A stretch of 64,000 nt of DNA from contig CAYLXP010000001.1 of assembly GCA_964387425.1 (NCBI GenBank), forward strand, positions 19,452 to 83,451, given 5' to 3'. This DNA comes from an uncultured Victivallales bacterium. Lineage in GTDB: Bacteria; Verrucomicrobiota; Kiritimatiellia; UBA8416. Numbering within the stretch: position 1 is the first letter of the stretch; each line of letters begins with the position of its first letter. The translations under genes were made by a program, and so were the position numbers. The notes beneath the pieces are model-generated. The model was not told the DNA's origin, did not search any database, and worked only from the letters and a program-made list of their open reading frames with translations. Positions 16,879 through 26,700 of this stretch are shown piece after piece.

Positions 16879-17925
16879 GCCTGCCACGTCCGAGGGGCTA
16901 TTGAGGTTGCACCAAGCCTCCGCGAGTTCGGGCGGGACCGTAGGCGTGATGACTTCTGCGCGGCTCTTAAGATGATGTGGGGCTGCGGCCCTCTCGAGCA
17001 GGGCGTGGGCCCGACAGTCGTAGTGAGCAAGCAAGGGTTCAACGCCGGCATCAGCGGCCAGCTTGGGAAGGGTCGCCCAAACACCGGGCGCGCGCGCGTG
17101 CAGAAGCCAGTCGATTGCCTCACCGGTAACGAGCGGCATGTCGCAGGCAGCGAAGAGCCAGGAAACCGTGGGTGCCCATCGCATGGCGGCAAGCATGCCG
17201 GCGCGAGGCCCCTTCATGCCCGGCACATCCGGCAGGCGCAAACGTGACTCGTGGCCCGTCGGTAGTGTTGCACGCCCGAGCACGACGATCTCATCAACGC
17301 GTCCTTCGAGCGCCACAACCACGTGCTCGAACCATGTTTTGCCATCATGAGTCATGCCGTGCTTGGGGACTCCCATGCGTGATGAATCGCCCCCCACAAG
17401 GATTCCGCCATAGACGGGCGTTTGAAGGCTCACCCCCCGAAGGCGTTCTTGTATATGGAGTAGCACAGGCCCGACTCGATCCTCATCGCGCCCAAGATCG
17501 AGTCGAACACCGGTCGCATCCTCGGGAGCCGTGTCGGCCTCGTTCCGCCGTAACCAGATCTTCTCCAAGTACGGTGTCCACTTGCGTCCTTCGACAAGAA
17601 CAAGGTCATAGTGACGGCAGAGAATCGACAGCAGCTGGCTGAGCTCAGTCTCCGAGTCGCCGTGGACACGCACAAAGCTCTGTTCGGGGCCCTGGAGCAC
17701 GACATCGGCCCCGGCCTGGTAGAGGCGGTCTGAGTCCTTGCCGGGGGTGTCCAACATCAAACCGTGCACGTCATGCTTCAGCACGGCAACCTTGAGTCCC
17801 AGGACCATCAGTTGCGGTACCAGCGTCTCGATCAATGTTGTCTTGCCGGAGTTGCTGTAGCCGCAGATCGCGATGGCGGGCAGGTTCGCTAACGGTGTCG
17901 GTTTAACGTCCACAGTCGGAAGCAT
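16855..17925 (-). CDS. mobA: bifunctional MobB-MobA (molybdopterin-guanine dinucleotide biosynthesis)
   Basis: 356 aa. The N-terminal MobB P-loop is AICGYSNSGKTTLIE. The C-terminal half is MobA-like (GGILVGGDSSRMG). The 3' end overlaps the convergent rrf2 by 24 nt. Confidence 0.8.
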   Translation of the reverse strand: MLPTVDVKPTPLANLPAIAICGYSNSGKTTLIETLVPQLMVLGLKVAVLKHDVHGLMLDTPGKDSDRLYQAGADVVLQGPEQSFVRVHGDSETELSQLLSILCRHYDLVLVEGRKWTPYLEKIWLRRNEADTAPEDATGVRLDLGRDEDRVGPVLLHIQERLRGVSLQTPVYGGILVGGDSSRMGVPKHGMTHDGKTWFEHVVVALEGRVDEIVVLGRATLPTGHESRLRLPDVPGMKGPRAGMLAAMRWAPTVSWLFAACDMPLVTGEAIDWLLHARAPGVWATLPKLAADAGVEPLLAHYDCRAHALLERAAAPHHLKSRAEVITPTVPPELAEAWCNLNSPSDVAGLRGQEIL

Positions 17926-18862
17926 CTCCCTTCATCTTCGCAAGCCCGTGCCCAAGGGCCGGCAGGATGGCGGCAATGCTCTCGCGTGAGGCACGCTCCG
18001 ACCCAGGTGTTGATACGATCAGCGTCTGCTTGCGAATGCCCGACACGCTGCGTGAGAGCATTGCGTGGGGCGTCTTGGCCATCGAGGAGGCGCGCATCGC
18101 TTCGTCCAGGCCGGGTGTGGGTCGCTCAATGACGTCGCAAACCGCTTCCGGGGTCACGTCGCGCGGGGAGAAGCCTGTGCCGCCGACGGCGACCACAAGA
18201 TCAATTGAGTGACCATCGGCATAGTGTCGCAAGCGCTCGGCAATCTGCTCCCGTTCGTCGGGGATGATCTCCAGGCGATAGATACTGCTTGGAAGTTGAG
18301 TGCACAGCAGCTCTGCAACTCCCGGTCCGGCGGTGTCTTCGGCTTCACCTCTTGAACAGCGATCACTAATGGTTAACACGACAATCTGCAGAACTGCGCG
18401 CGGGACACACTCCACAATCTCGACGCTATCACCTTTGCAGATACTTCCGCCCTTCTCCACCCTCGCAAAGATGCCGAGTCGCGGCATGATGCAGTCACCT
18501 GTCTGGTGATAAATGGCGCAATGAGAGTGGCATGTCTTGCCGAGCTGGGAGACTGTCAACTCAACATCAGCTCCCAGCCGTAGCCGGCTGCCCAGCCCCA
18601 GCCGCGACAAATCCAGCCCCGACACAACGAGGTTCTCGGCAAAATCCCCCGCCTTGAGATCCGGAAGCCCCTTGGCCTTCATTGTGGCAATATCCTCGGC
18701 AGCCAGTAGGCTGACCTGTCGGTGCCAGTCGCCGGCATGGGCATCGCCCTCGAAACCTCGCTGTGTCACCAGGCGCGCCTCCTCAACGGTCGTCTTACGC
18801 TCGCCCTTCTTCTTGCTGAGGCAGATGGCATCGATCCGGCCCTGTGGTTGGGTCGTCATCAA
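17903..18862 (-). CDS. mogA: MOSC domain fused to MogA/MoaB-type molybdopterin adenylyltransferase domain
   Basis: 319 aa. The N-terminal ~150 aa are MOSC-like (GFEGDAHAG ... CIMPRLGIFARV). The C-terminal part is MogA/MoaB-like (VLTISDRCS ... VVAVGGTGFSPRDVTPEA ... STPGS). Confidence 0.75.
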   Translation of the reverse strand: MMTTQPQGRIDAICLSKKKGERKTTVEEARLVTQRGFEGDAHAGDWHRQVSLLAAEDIATMKAKGLPDLKAGDFAENLVVSGLDLSRLGLGSRLRLGADVELTVSQLGKTCHSHCAIYHQTGDCIMPRLGIFARVEKGGSICKGDSVEIVECVPRAVLQIVVLTISDRCSRGEAEDTAGPGVAELLCTQLPSSIYRLEIIPDEREQIAERLRHYADGHSIDLVVAVGGTGFSPRDVTPEAVCDVIERPTPGLDEAMRASSMAKTPHAMLSRSVSGIRKQTLIVSTPGSERASRESIAAILPALGHGLAKMKGDASDCGR

Positions 18863-19353
18863 ACGTCTCCTTCAGCATCCGCCTGCCAGTCACCAGATTT
18901 GCCGCCGGTCTTCTCGAGCAACCGGATGGTTCCAATCTGAATACCTTTGCCGGCTGACTTGCACATGTCATAAACGGTGAGGGCTGCGACGGAAACAGCC
19001 GTGAGGGCTTCCATCTCAACGCCGGTAGGACCCGTGCAACGGACGGCGCTCTCCAGCCGCAACGCATCTCCGACCCACTCCGCCTCGATGTCGACGTGAT
19101 CCAGCATGAGAGGATGACACATGGGGATGAGTTGCGCGGTCTGTTTCGCCGCCATGATGCCGGCAATGCGGGCAGTTTCGATCACGTTGCCTTTAGCGAC
19201 CTTGCCGGTCTCACGTAGTTGCGTCGCAATCCTGGCCCCCAACGCGATATGGGCCTCGGCGCGCGCCGTGCGCTGCGTGGCCTGTTTGTGACCGACATCG
19301 ACCATGCGCGCTTCTCCTGTCGGTGAGAGATGCGCAAAGGTATTCTCAGTCAT
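18859..19353 (-). CDS. moaC: cyclic pyranopterin monophosphate synthase MoaC
   Basis: 164 aa with MVDVGHKQAT ... IPMCHPL motifs. Overlaps the downstream gene by 4 nt. Confidence 0.9.
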   Translation of the reverse strand: MTENTFAHLSPTGEARMVDVGHKQATQRTARAEAHIALGARIATQLRETGKVAKGNVIETARIAGIMAAKQTAQLIPMCHPLMLDHVDIEAEWVGDALRLESAVRCTGPTGVEMEALTAVSVAALTVYDMCKSAGKGIQIGTIRLLEKTGGKSGDWQADAEGDV

Positions 19354-19410
19354 AACCTGTTATTCCTGGTTGGTTACCTTGCCGGACTGGCCCGGCTGTT
19401 CTCAAGTCGT

Positions 19411-20385
19411 TCATCCACCAATGCTCGCCATAGAAGGTCGCGGTTCAAAGTGGCTACTGGTGCGCTTGTGGCCCATAGCCCGTTCTACAGCACCTGCCAA
19501 TCCTCGGCGCGCGGTTTCGGATTCCGCTCCCAAATGAGGACGGACAAAGACCCGGTCCTGCCGGGCCAGGCAACCGATGAGGTGGCCATCGGACGTCAGG
19601 CGCAGCCGATGGCAGCCCGTACAGAAGGGCTGACTGGTCGGCGTGATGATCCCGAAGCGCCCTCGCCCGGCCGAGGAGGATTCGACTTCGTGGATCCTGC
19701 TGGTTTCGCCGGGGCGATGGGGATGAGGCTGGATGGAGAACTCCGGGCTGAGCGCGTTGCAGATCTCGACACACGAGACATAGCGATTCTCGAAGTCCTC
19801 CCGGAACATTCCGGTCGGCATAAGCTCCAGGAAGCGCAACTCGCAGCCCTCGTTGAGTGCGAAGGCGAGCATGTCCTGCAATTCGTGGTCGTTGATGCCT
19901 CGCATGACGACCATGTTGAGTTTCACGGGTGTCAGCCCAACCCGAACTGCCGCACGGATGCCTCTGAGGGTTCGCTCGATATCTCCCCCACGGGTCAGGC
20001 GGCTGAACGTATCGGGGGCCAAGGTGTCGAGGCTGATGTTGACACGGTGAAGCCCGCTGTCGCGAAGCAACTCGGCTTTGCATGCAAGAGCCTGACCATT
20101 CGTGGTGAGCGCAAGATCGGGGATCTCCATCTGACTCAGCATCCGGACCAACACTTCGATGTCGGCCCTTACGAGAGGGTCTCCTCCCGTTATGCGGACC
20201 TTGTCCAACCCGAATCCCTCTGTAAGGAAGGAGACCAGGGAGAGGATCTCCTCGTAGCTGAGGATATCCGAGTGCGCGCAGGGCTTCACCCCATCCTCCG
20301 GCATACAGTACTGGCAGCGCAACTGGCAGCGGTCGGTAACGGAGACCCGCAATGTTAGACCATGGCCTGTAAAGGGAGTGATCAT
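19411..20385 (-). CDS. moaA: GTP 3',8-cyclase MoaA (radical SAM)
   Basis: 324 aa with the radical-SAM motif CQLRCQYC in LRVSVTDRCQLRCQYCMPEDG and a C-terminal Cys cluster CTGCHRLRLT. Confidence 0.92.
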   Translation of the reverse strand: MITPFTGHGLTLRVSVTDRCQLRCQYCMPEDGVKPCAHSDILSYEEILSLVSFLTEGFGLDKVRITGGDPLVRADIEVLVRMLSQMEIPDLALTTNGQALACKAELLRDSGLHRVNISLDTLAPDTFSRLTRGGDIERTLRGIRAAVRVGLTPVKLNMVVMRGINDHELQDMLAFALNEGCELRFLELMPTGMFREDFENRYVSCVEICNALSPEFSIQPHPHRPGETSRIHEVESSSAGRGRFGIITPTSQPFCTGCHRLRLTSDGHLIGCLARQDRVFVRPHLGAESETARRGLAGAVERAMGHKRTSSHFEPRPSMASIGG

Positions 20386-21596
20386 ACGAACGGCCTCCAG
20401 GGACAGAACTCTACCATGGTTCCCGCCACCGCATGTGCCACGTCCGCGGCAATGATCACGGCTCCGTCAGCCTTGGCACCCGCCACCAGGTCCGCCGAAC
20501 CACTGGACTCAACGGGCATGGCTACCAAGCCGTTCTCATCATGCGTCAGGACGACCATGGTGTGCCGGACGCGGCCGGCCTTGCTGACGATATCCTCGCC
20601 CAACCTGACATGAAACCGAGTGTGGCAACGTTCCGGGGGAAGGCCCGACAGGCGCTTCAATGCCGGCAGGATGAACTCCTGTAACCCGATCATGGAGCTG
20701 AGCGGGTTTCCCGGAAGGCCATACAGCACCTTTCCCTCCCCAGTAGTGGCGAAAAGCTGTGGCTTTCCCGGTTTAATGCCAATCTTGTGGAAGTGGATGG
20801 TACCTCCGGCGCGCTTGATGGCTTCGGGCACTACGTCGTATTTCCCAACGGAAACGCCACCGGTCAGAATCAGGAAGTCGCACTCCGACAGTAGTTCGCC
20901 GATGGCTTTGATAACCCTTGTTTCATCGTCATCGACTGCGGAGCAATGGACGATATTGAATCCCGATGCGTTTAGCCCGGCCACAAGCATGGGACCGTTT
21001 GAATTGCGCAGCTGGTGGGATGCCACATCGTCGGCGACATCCAACAGCTCAGAGCCGGTGGAGAGAATGGCGACGCGAGGCTTTGCATAGACGGATGGTC
21101 TGTCTACTCCCACGGCCGCACAGACGCCTACCTCTGCAGCCTGCAGAACGACGCCCGCCTCAAGCAGCACCTCCCCGCGGCGGGCATTCTCGCCTTTGAT
21201 GAAGATGTGCTGACCACGCCTCGGTGGTTTCATGAACCGGACCTGGTTCTCCGAAACGGATTCGGTATCCTCCACCATGACGACCGTGTCGGTGTCCGGA
21301 GGGACGTTGGCGCCGGTGTAGATGGCAACGCACTCTCCAGGCGCGACTGCGGGTACCACATCTGATCCCGCCGGGACTTCCCCGATCTTCTTCAAGGTCA
21401 CAGGACAGTGGCGGAGATCATCGGCATGGACAGCATAGCCATCCATGGCTGAGCGATTTGCGGCGGGCACGTCGCGATCGGCCACGACCGGGACGGACAA
21501 CACGTAGTTCGTTGCCGATGCAAGATCCAGCCGCATCGAAGGCAAGGGTTGCGTATGCGCAATAACCTGTTGCCACGCATCGCGTGGAGTCATCAT
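20382..21596 (-). CDS. moeA: molybdopterin molybdotransferase MoeA
   Basis: 404 aa with RSAMDGYAV, ILSTGSELL, ILTGGVSVGKYD and LPGNPLSS motifs. Overlaps moaA by 4 nt. Confidence 0.9.
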   Translation of the reverse strand: MMTPRDAWQQVIAHTQPLPSMRLDLASATNYVLSVPVVADRDVPAANRSAMDGYAVHADDLRHCPVTLKKIGEVPAGSDVVPAVAPGECVAIYTGANVPPDTDTVVMVEDTESVSENQVRFMKPPRRGQHIFIKGENARRGEVLLEAGVVLQAAEVGVCAAVGVDRPSVYAKPRVAILSTGSELLDVADDVASHQLRNSNGPMLVAGLNASGFNIVHCSAVDDDETRVIKAIGELLSECDFLILTGGVSVGKYDVVPEAIKRAGGTIHFHKIGIKPGKPQLFATTGEGKVLYGLPGNPLSSMIGLQEFILPALKRLSGLPPERCHTRFHVRLGEDIVSKAGRVRHTMVVLTHDENGLVAMPVESSGSADLVAGAKADGAVIIAADVAHAVAGTMVEFCPWRPFV

Positions 21597-21600
21597 GTGG

Positions 21601-21735
21601 GTCTCCTTTCCAATGGTGATATGGCATACCTACTGCATGCCATCCCCGGGAGGCGTGCCTGTTTCCAGTCATGCCCTTACCGGCCAGGGAACCCTAGTTG
21701 TACACCTTAGGTTCAAAGGCTCGGAGACGCTGTTA
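21601..21735 (-). promoter_or_regulatory. candidate molybdenum-cofactor (Moco) riboswitch in the moeA operon leader
   Basis: The minus-strand leader reads GTCTCCGAGCCTTTGAACC...GGTTCCCTGGC...GCCTCCC...GGCAT(N9)ATGCC...GGAAAGGAGAC, followed by 4 nt (CCAC) and then ATG. GUCUCC (5') can pair with GGAGAC (3'), which contains the Shine-Dalgarno. CUCCGAGCC, GCCUCC and GGAAAGG match my memory of the conserved Moco-motif blocks. No covariance model was run. Confidence 0.55.
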
Positions 21736-21863
21736 ACCTCAGTCAACGTTGGCATGCATAGCACGCAAGTGGGTACCGGCGCAAGCAATCACAACGACCA
21801 CCGGCAGCGGAAGATTGCCGCAGGCATGACTGACCAGAGGAAGGAAGGTCGTAGCGCGACTTC

Positions 21864-23558
21864 CTATTTCTCGAGGATGCGGATGTTGCGCCAGCGGGTT
21901 GGCTTGCCCTCGCTCTGGAATGCGATGTAGCCCTTGGTGAGCTCACAGTTCCTGACGGTAGCCACCTGGGTACCGTTGACGAAGATGTCCATATCTCCCC
22001 CGCGGACATCGACTTTCAGGGTGTTGTACTGCCCGACTGGCTTTTTGACCTTGGCGAGGGCGTTCGCGTCAAACGTCCGCTTGCACACGACGTTACGCGG
22101 GATCGGAAGAATGATGCCCATATCCTTGTACTTCCCCTGGACCTCGATGCTGCGCGGCCAGACGCCGATGCCTTTGCCCGGAACGCAGTGCGCCAGGATG
22201 CCGCTGTTGCCCCTGAAGTCGGCGTCGCTCTTCAGGTCGCCAGGGCGATCGAATGCAAGGTCTGCCACAATCGTATAATTGCTGTAGTCATCCCGCTTGG
22301 TGCGCATGACGCCACCCGGTCTGCCCGTACAGTGGATCACCCCGTCCTTGACAGACCAGGTGCCCTCGTTGCCACCCTTCTCTTTGCCCATCTCGAAGCC
22401 GAAGTTGCTGAGATCTTTGCCGTTGAAGAGATCGACCCAGCCACCACTGCAAGTTCCGCAGCACTTCTTTGCGGCCGGTTTGCTGCTGCACTTGCAGCCT
22501 TTCGAACTCTTGGCTTCGCACTTACAGCTAGGTTTGCAGTTGCCTGAACACACCTTCGCGTTCTTGGCGGCCTCCGCTTTCTTGCAGGTTCCACAGCATT
22601 TCTTTGCCGCGGCCTTCGTGCTGCATTTGCAGCCTTTGGCGCCCTTGGCCGCGCACTTACAGTCCGCCTTGCAGTTGCCCGAACACTTCTTCGTAGCCTT
22701 GCTGCTGCATTTACATGCCTTCGTGCCGTCGTCCGCGCACATTGTTTCATCCACGGCAATGCTCGCCTGCTTACAGGTCCCACAGCACTTCTTCTTGGGC
22801 AGTTCCTTGATCTTGATGTTGCGGAACTGGATCAGCGCCGAGGCGGGGCTCCACTTCTTACTCTTCTCGTTGAAGCCGCCATGGTGCTGGAGGGCGATCG
22901 GACCCTTCGTGGGGGCGCCTTCCAGGTTGGTATCGATCACCTTCTTACCATTCAGCACGATGTCAACCTTCGTGCCACGCATCGTGATTTCCATCTTGTT
23001 CCACTCACCAACCGGGCGGTCGGCTTTGCAGATCGGCAGCGCGCCCTTGCGCAACGCGGGGTCCTTGCTGGTGTGATAGCCCCAGAGTTGTCCGGAACCG
23101 CAGGGCCAGCACCAGAGGTTGGCCTGTGTCTTGCCGGTGCCGCGCAGGAAGATACCGGAGTCGGCGTTGTCTATGGCCTGGGTGACCTTCTTGCCGTTCT
23201 TATCGACCTTCTGCGTGCCGTCGGGATTGAAGACCTTGGCGTTGTACTTGCCCGTCGTGCGTTTAAAACGCCACTCGAGCTTCAGGAGGTAGTCCTCGTA
23301 CTCCTTCTCCGTGACGAGATTGCCGCCCTTGGCTTCGTAATCGATGACACCATCGATCACCTTCCAGTTGTGCTCTTTCTTGGGGAGCACCCAACCGGTG
23401 AAGTCCTTGCCGTTGAAGAGGCTGACCCAACCTCCGTCGTCGGCTTTCTTGTGGGTGTGAGGGCCACAACCTCCGCAACCCGCCAAGGCGACCGGAGTCC
23501 CAAATCCAGCCAGAACAGCCACAACCACCATCCACAATGCCACGCGTTTCATTGCCAT
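21864..23558 (-). CDS. lipoprotein with two DUF1080 (3-keto-disaccharide-hydrolase-like) domains joined by a Cys/Lys-rich repeat linker
   Basis: The preferred start is ATG 23558 (MAMKRVALWMVVVAVLAGFGTPVALAGC; lipobox LAGC) behind a GGGAGAG Shine-Dalgarno. DUF1080 hallmarks occur twice (GWVSLFNGKDFTGW ... FRNIKIKEL and GWVDLFNGKDLSNF ... WRNIRILEK). Between them are 24 Cys in about 113 aa. Confidence 0.8.
   Translation of the reverse strand: MAMKRVALWMVVVAVLAGFGTPVALAGCGGCGPHTHKKADDGGWVSLFNGKDFTGWVLPKKEHNWKVIDGVIDYEAKGGNLVTEKEYEDYLLKLEWRFKRTTGKYNAKVFNPDGTQKVDKNGKKVTQAIDNADSGIFLRGTGKTQANLWCWPCGSGQLWGYHTSKDPALRKGALPICKADRPVGEWNKMEITMRGTKVDIVLNGKKVIDTNLEGAPTKGPIALQHHGGFNEKSKKWSPASALIQFRNIKIKELPKKKCCGTCKQASIAVDETMCADDGTKACKCSSKATKKCSGNCKADCKCAAKGAKGCKCSTKAAAKKCCGTCKKAEAAKNAKVCSGNCKPSCKCEAKSSKGCKCSSKPAAKKCCGTCSGGWVDLFNGKDLSNFGFEMGKEKGGNEGTWSVKDGVIHCTGRPGGVMRTKRDDYSNYTIVADLAFDRPGDLKSDADFRGNSGILAHCVPGKGIGVWPRSIEVQGKYKDMGIILPIPRNVVCKRTFDANALAKVKKPVGQYNTLKVDVRGGDMDIFVNGTQVATVRNCELTKGYIAFQSEGKPTRWRNIRILEK
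22449..22787 (-). repeat. in-frame tandem repeat encoding the Cys/Lys-rich linker (KKCCGTC ... CSGNCKxxCKCxAKxxKGCKCSxKxAAKKCCGTC)
   Basis: Two ~135-nt units are clearly similar at the DNA level (22449-22550 versus 22551-22685), and a third KKCCGTCK lies at ~22770-22787. Confidence 0.75.
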
Positions 23559-23771
23559 CACTTCTCTCCCTTCCTTCTGCCTCGTCAACTCACCATACGA
23601 ACAGCCTAACCGCGATTCCCCTACTGTACCGACCGAAACGCAATCAAAAAAGGGATAACTCGATGAATTTCACCGGGGAGTACGGCGGAGTTTCCGGCGA
23701 GGGCACAGACTTGCGAAAGCACAGACACGATGGTACGGTGTGCGTCCAACTTAAGTATCAAAGGTCGGACT

Positions 23772-26700
23772 ATGCCCGGTGTTGATGACATACAGGAACC
23801 AGGTAGCAATGAGCTTGGTCCCTTTTTCAGTAAAGTGGACTGGTCTGCATTCTGGACAGCCCTGGTCGTCTGTTTCATTGTCTACTTCTATACACTGGCA
23901 CCCACGGTCACCCTCGAAGACTCCGGCGAACTGGCCGTCGCCGGCGATTGGCTAGGCGTCCCCCACCCTCCCGGTTACCCGATCTGGACCATGATGGCCT
24001 GGGCCTTCACCAAGGTCTTCGCTTTCGTCAAGTTCCGCGGCCAACCTAATCCCGCTTGGAGTATCGGGCTACTCTCAGCCGTCCTCGGAGCGCTTTCGGC
24101 CGGGCTGACCGCTCTTTTAATCTGTCGCTCAGGACGGGATGTTCTGCGCCATTCCAAGCAGATCTCGCACGATATCGGCGTCCAGACGGAAAACGCAATC
24201 TGCTGGGTTGGTGGTGTTGTGAGCAGCTTGCTGTTTGTCTTCACACCCATCATGTGGTCCCAGGCCGTCATCGTGGAGGTATACACGCTGAATGCGTTCT
24301 TCCTCATTCTGGTGATGCTGCTTGTCTACGTCTGGAACCGGCGTCCCTCTGACCATCTCCTGTTCGTAACCGCGTTCGTGTTCGGGCTCGGACTCACGAA
24401 CTACCAGGTACTGCTGCTGGCGGCACTGGCATTGGCCATCGCGATTCTGCTCAAAGACCTGGAGCTCTTCCGTGACTTCATGGTCATCGGGGCACCGTTC
24501 TTCATCGTGCTTGTCCTGATGAAGCGTTTCGACGGGTTGGAAGGCACAAAACCCGCCGTGGACTCGATCGGCAATATCCTCGGGGTGCTCTTCACAAAGG
24601 GCGCCCTACCGCCGATTATCCACCCTACGCACATTACTTGTTACTTCTACCTCTTCCTCAATGGATTGCTCCTGACACTGGCATATTTCTTCCTGCCACG
24701 CGGAAAGACGGTCGCCATTACAGTCCTTCTGGCCGAGCTTGGCGTCTCGGTATACGTCTACATGCCGATCGTCTCCGACCTCCGCAACCCGCCCATGAAC
24801 TGGGGCTACCCCCGCACGTGGGAAGGGTTCAAGCACGCCATCAGCCGTGGGCAGTACGAGAAGATCAAACCCTCGGACATCTTCTCGTTGCGGTTCATTC
24901 ACCAGATTGGAACGTACCTGGCCGACCTGCGTCTTAACTTCACGCTGTTCGGCACACTCGTTGCGTTCCTGCCGTTCACCGCATGGCATGCCAAGAGCAA
25001 AGGCAAGGCCTTCCGCGCGCTCTCCTGGAGCGCACTGCTGATTGCCGTCGCGCTGCTCCTGCTGCCGCTGGGCAAGGTGGCCCCGCTCTACAAGATCCCA
25101 TCCCTCTTGATTATCCTGATGCTGGCCGTCGGAGCGGTTGCGATGCCGGTGCAACGTTTCCGGAAACTCGTCATTGACCACATGATCGCCCCCGAGGCAA
25201 AGCTATGGGAGCGCATCACCACCGCGCTCGCCCTCGCGGGCGGTGCCGCCTGCTATCTCGCGCTACTGGCCAAGAAGGGCCTCGACCTGACGAAACCACT
25301 ACGCGGCGATGCAACGCTGCCGCCGGAACAGGTCCAGAGCATCGTGCTCCAGTGCCTGATGATTCCGATACTGATCGCCATCCCCATTATCGTCATCTGG
25401 GCCGCAAACCGTATCCTGAGAGACCAGGACACGTTCGAACTCACTGTTGACGACGACTCCCAGAAGTGGATGGTATCCACGCTGATCGCTTTCGCCACGC
25501 TGAGTATTGGTCTCATCGCGCTAGCCAACCTGAAGATGGATATCCAGGACACGTTCATCCAGCGCGTGAAGTTCATCTCATCACACGTACTCTTCTCCTT
25601 CTGGATCGGCTACGGCGTCATCTACCTTCTCGCACTCATCGATGGCTTGGCACGCGGAAACCAGACCGTGAAGTGGGTCAGCCTCGCGGTGGCCACGATG
25701 CTGCCGGCCGTACCCCTCCTGGCCAATCTCTACAACGAACAGCTTCTCTACGTCTATGGCGGCGCCGAGCAGAACGGGCACGACTTCGGATGGCAGTTCG
25801 GTAACTACCAGCTGCGCGGCGCCGAAGCGATTCTCGAGGAGCTAAGCCCGGATGAAGAGCCCCTGCCCAACCCGACGTTCCCGCCGGAGATGGGTCAGGA
25901 TGCCATCTTCTACGGCGGCACCGACCCGGGACGATTCGTGCCGACCTACATGATCTACTCGGCACGCGTGCGTGAAGACGTCTACCTGATCACCCAGAAC
26001 GCACTCGCCGACAACACCTACATGAGCGTGATGCGGGATCTCTACGGTAACGACATCTGGATCCCGAGTGTGGCCGACAGCGCCCAGGCGTTTTCGACCT
26101 ACGTGCATGACATCGAAACCGGCAAGCGGCCGGTGACCGCCGGCATCACCAAGCAGAACGGCCGCGTCCAGGTCAGCGGTGTCCTGGGCGTCATGGAGAT
26201 CAACGGCATCCTGGCGAAGGACATCTTCGAGTACAACAAGTACAAGCACGAGTTCTATGTTGAAGAGAGCTACGTGATTCGCTGGATGTATCCCTACCTC
26301 GAGCCGCACGGTCTGATCATGAAGATCAACAGCAACCCCATGCCGCGGCTTACGACCACGATGGTCGATAACGATACGGACTTCTGGGACTGGTACACGC
26401 GGCGTCTTGTCACGAGCCGCAAGTTCGTCCGCGACGTCGTGGCACGCAAGTCATTCTCCAAGCTACGTAGCGCCATCGCCGGCCTCTACACGAACCGTGG
26501 TCTCAAGAAGCAGGCGGAAGCCGCGTTTGGCGAAGCGCGGATGCTATACCCCCTGAGTCCCGAAGCGAACTTCCGCCTGGCGGAAGTACACATGCGCGCA
26601 GGTGAGTTTGGCAAGGCCAAGGATCTCATCACCGAGTTCGGCGAGATGGACCCGGCCAATGCCAAGGTGAAAGACTTCCTCAAACAGATCGACCGGATCG

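Noticed and set aside
21745-21765. TGGCATGCATAGCA was considered as a sigma-54 (-24/-12) promoter near the moeA leader.
   Set aside because: The GG-to-GC spacing is 10 nt, not the canonical 12, and it is on the strand opposite to all neighbouring genes.
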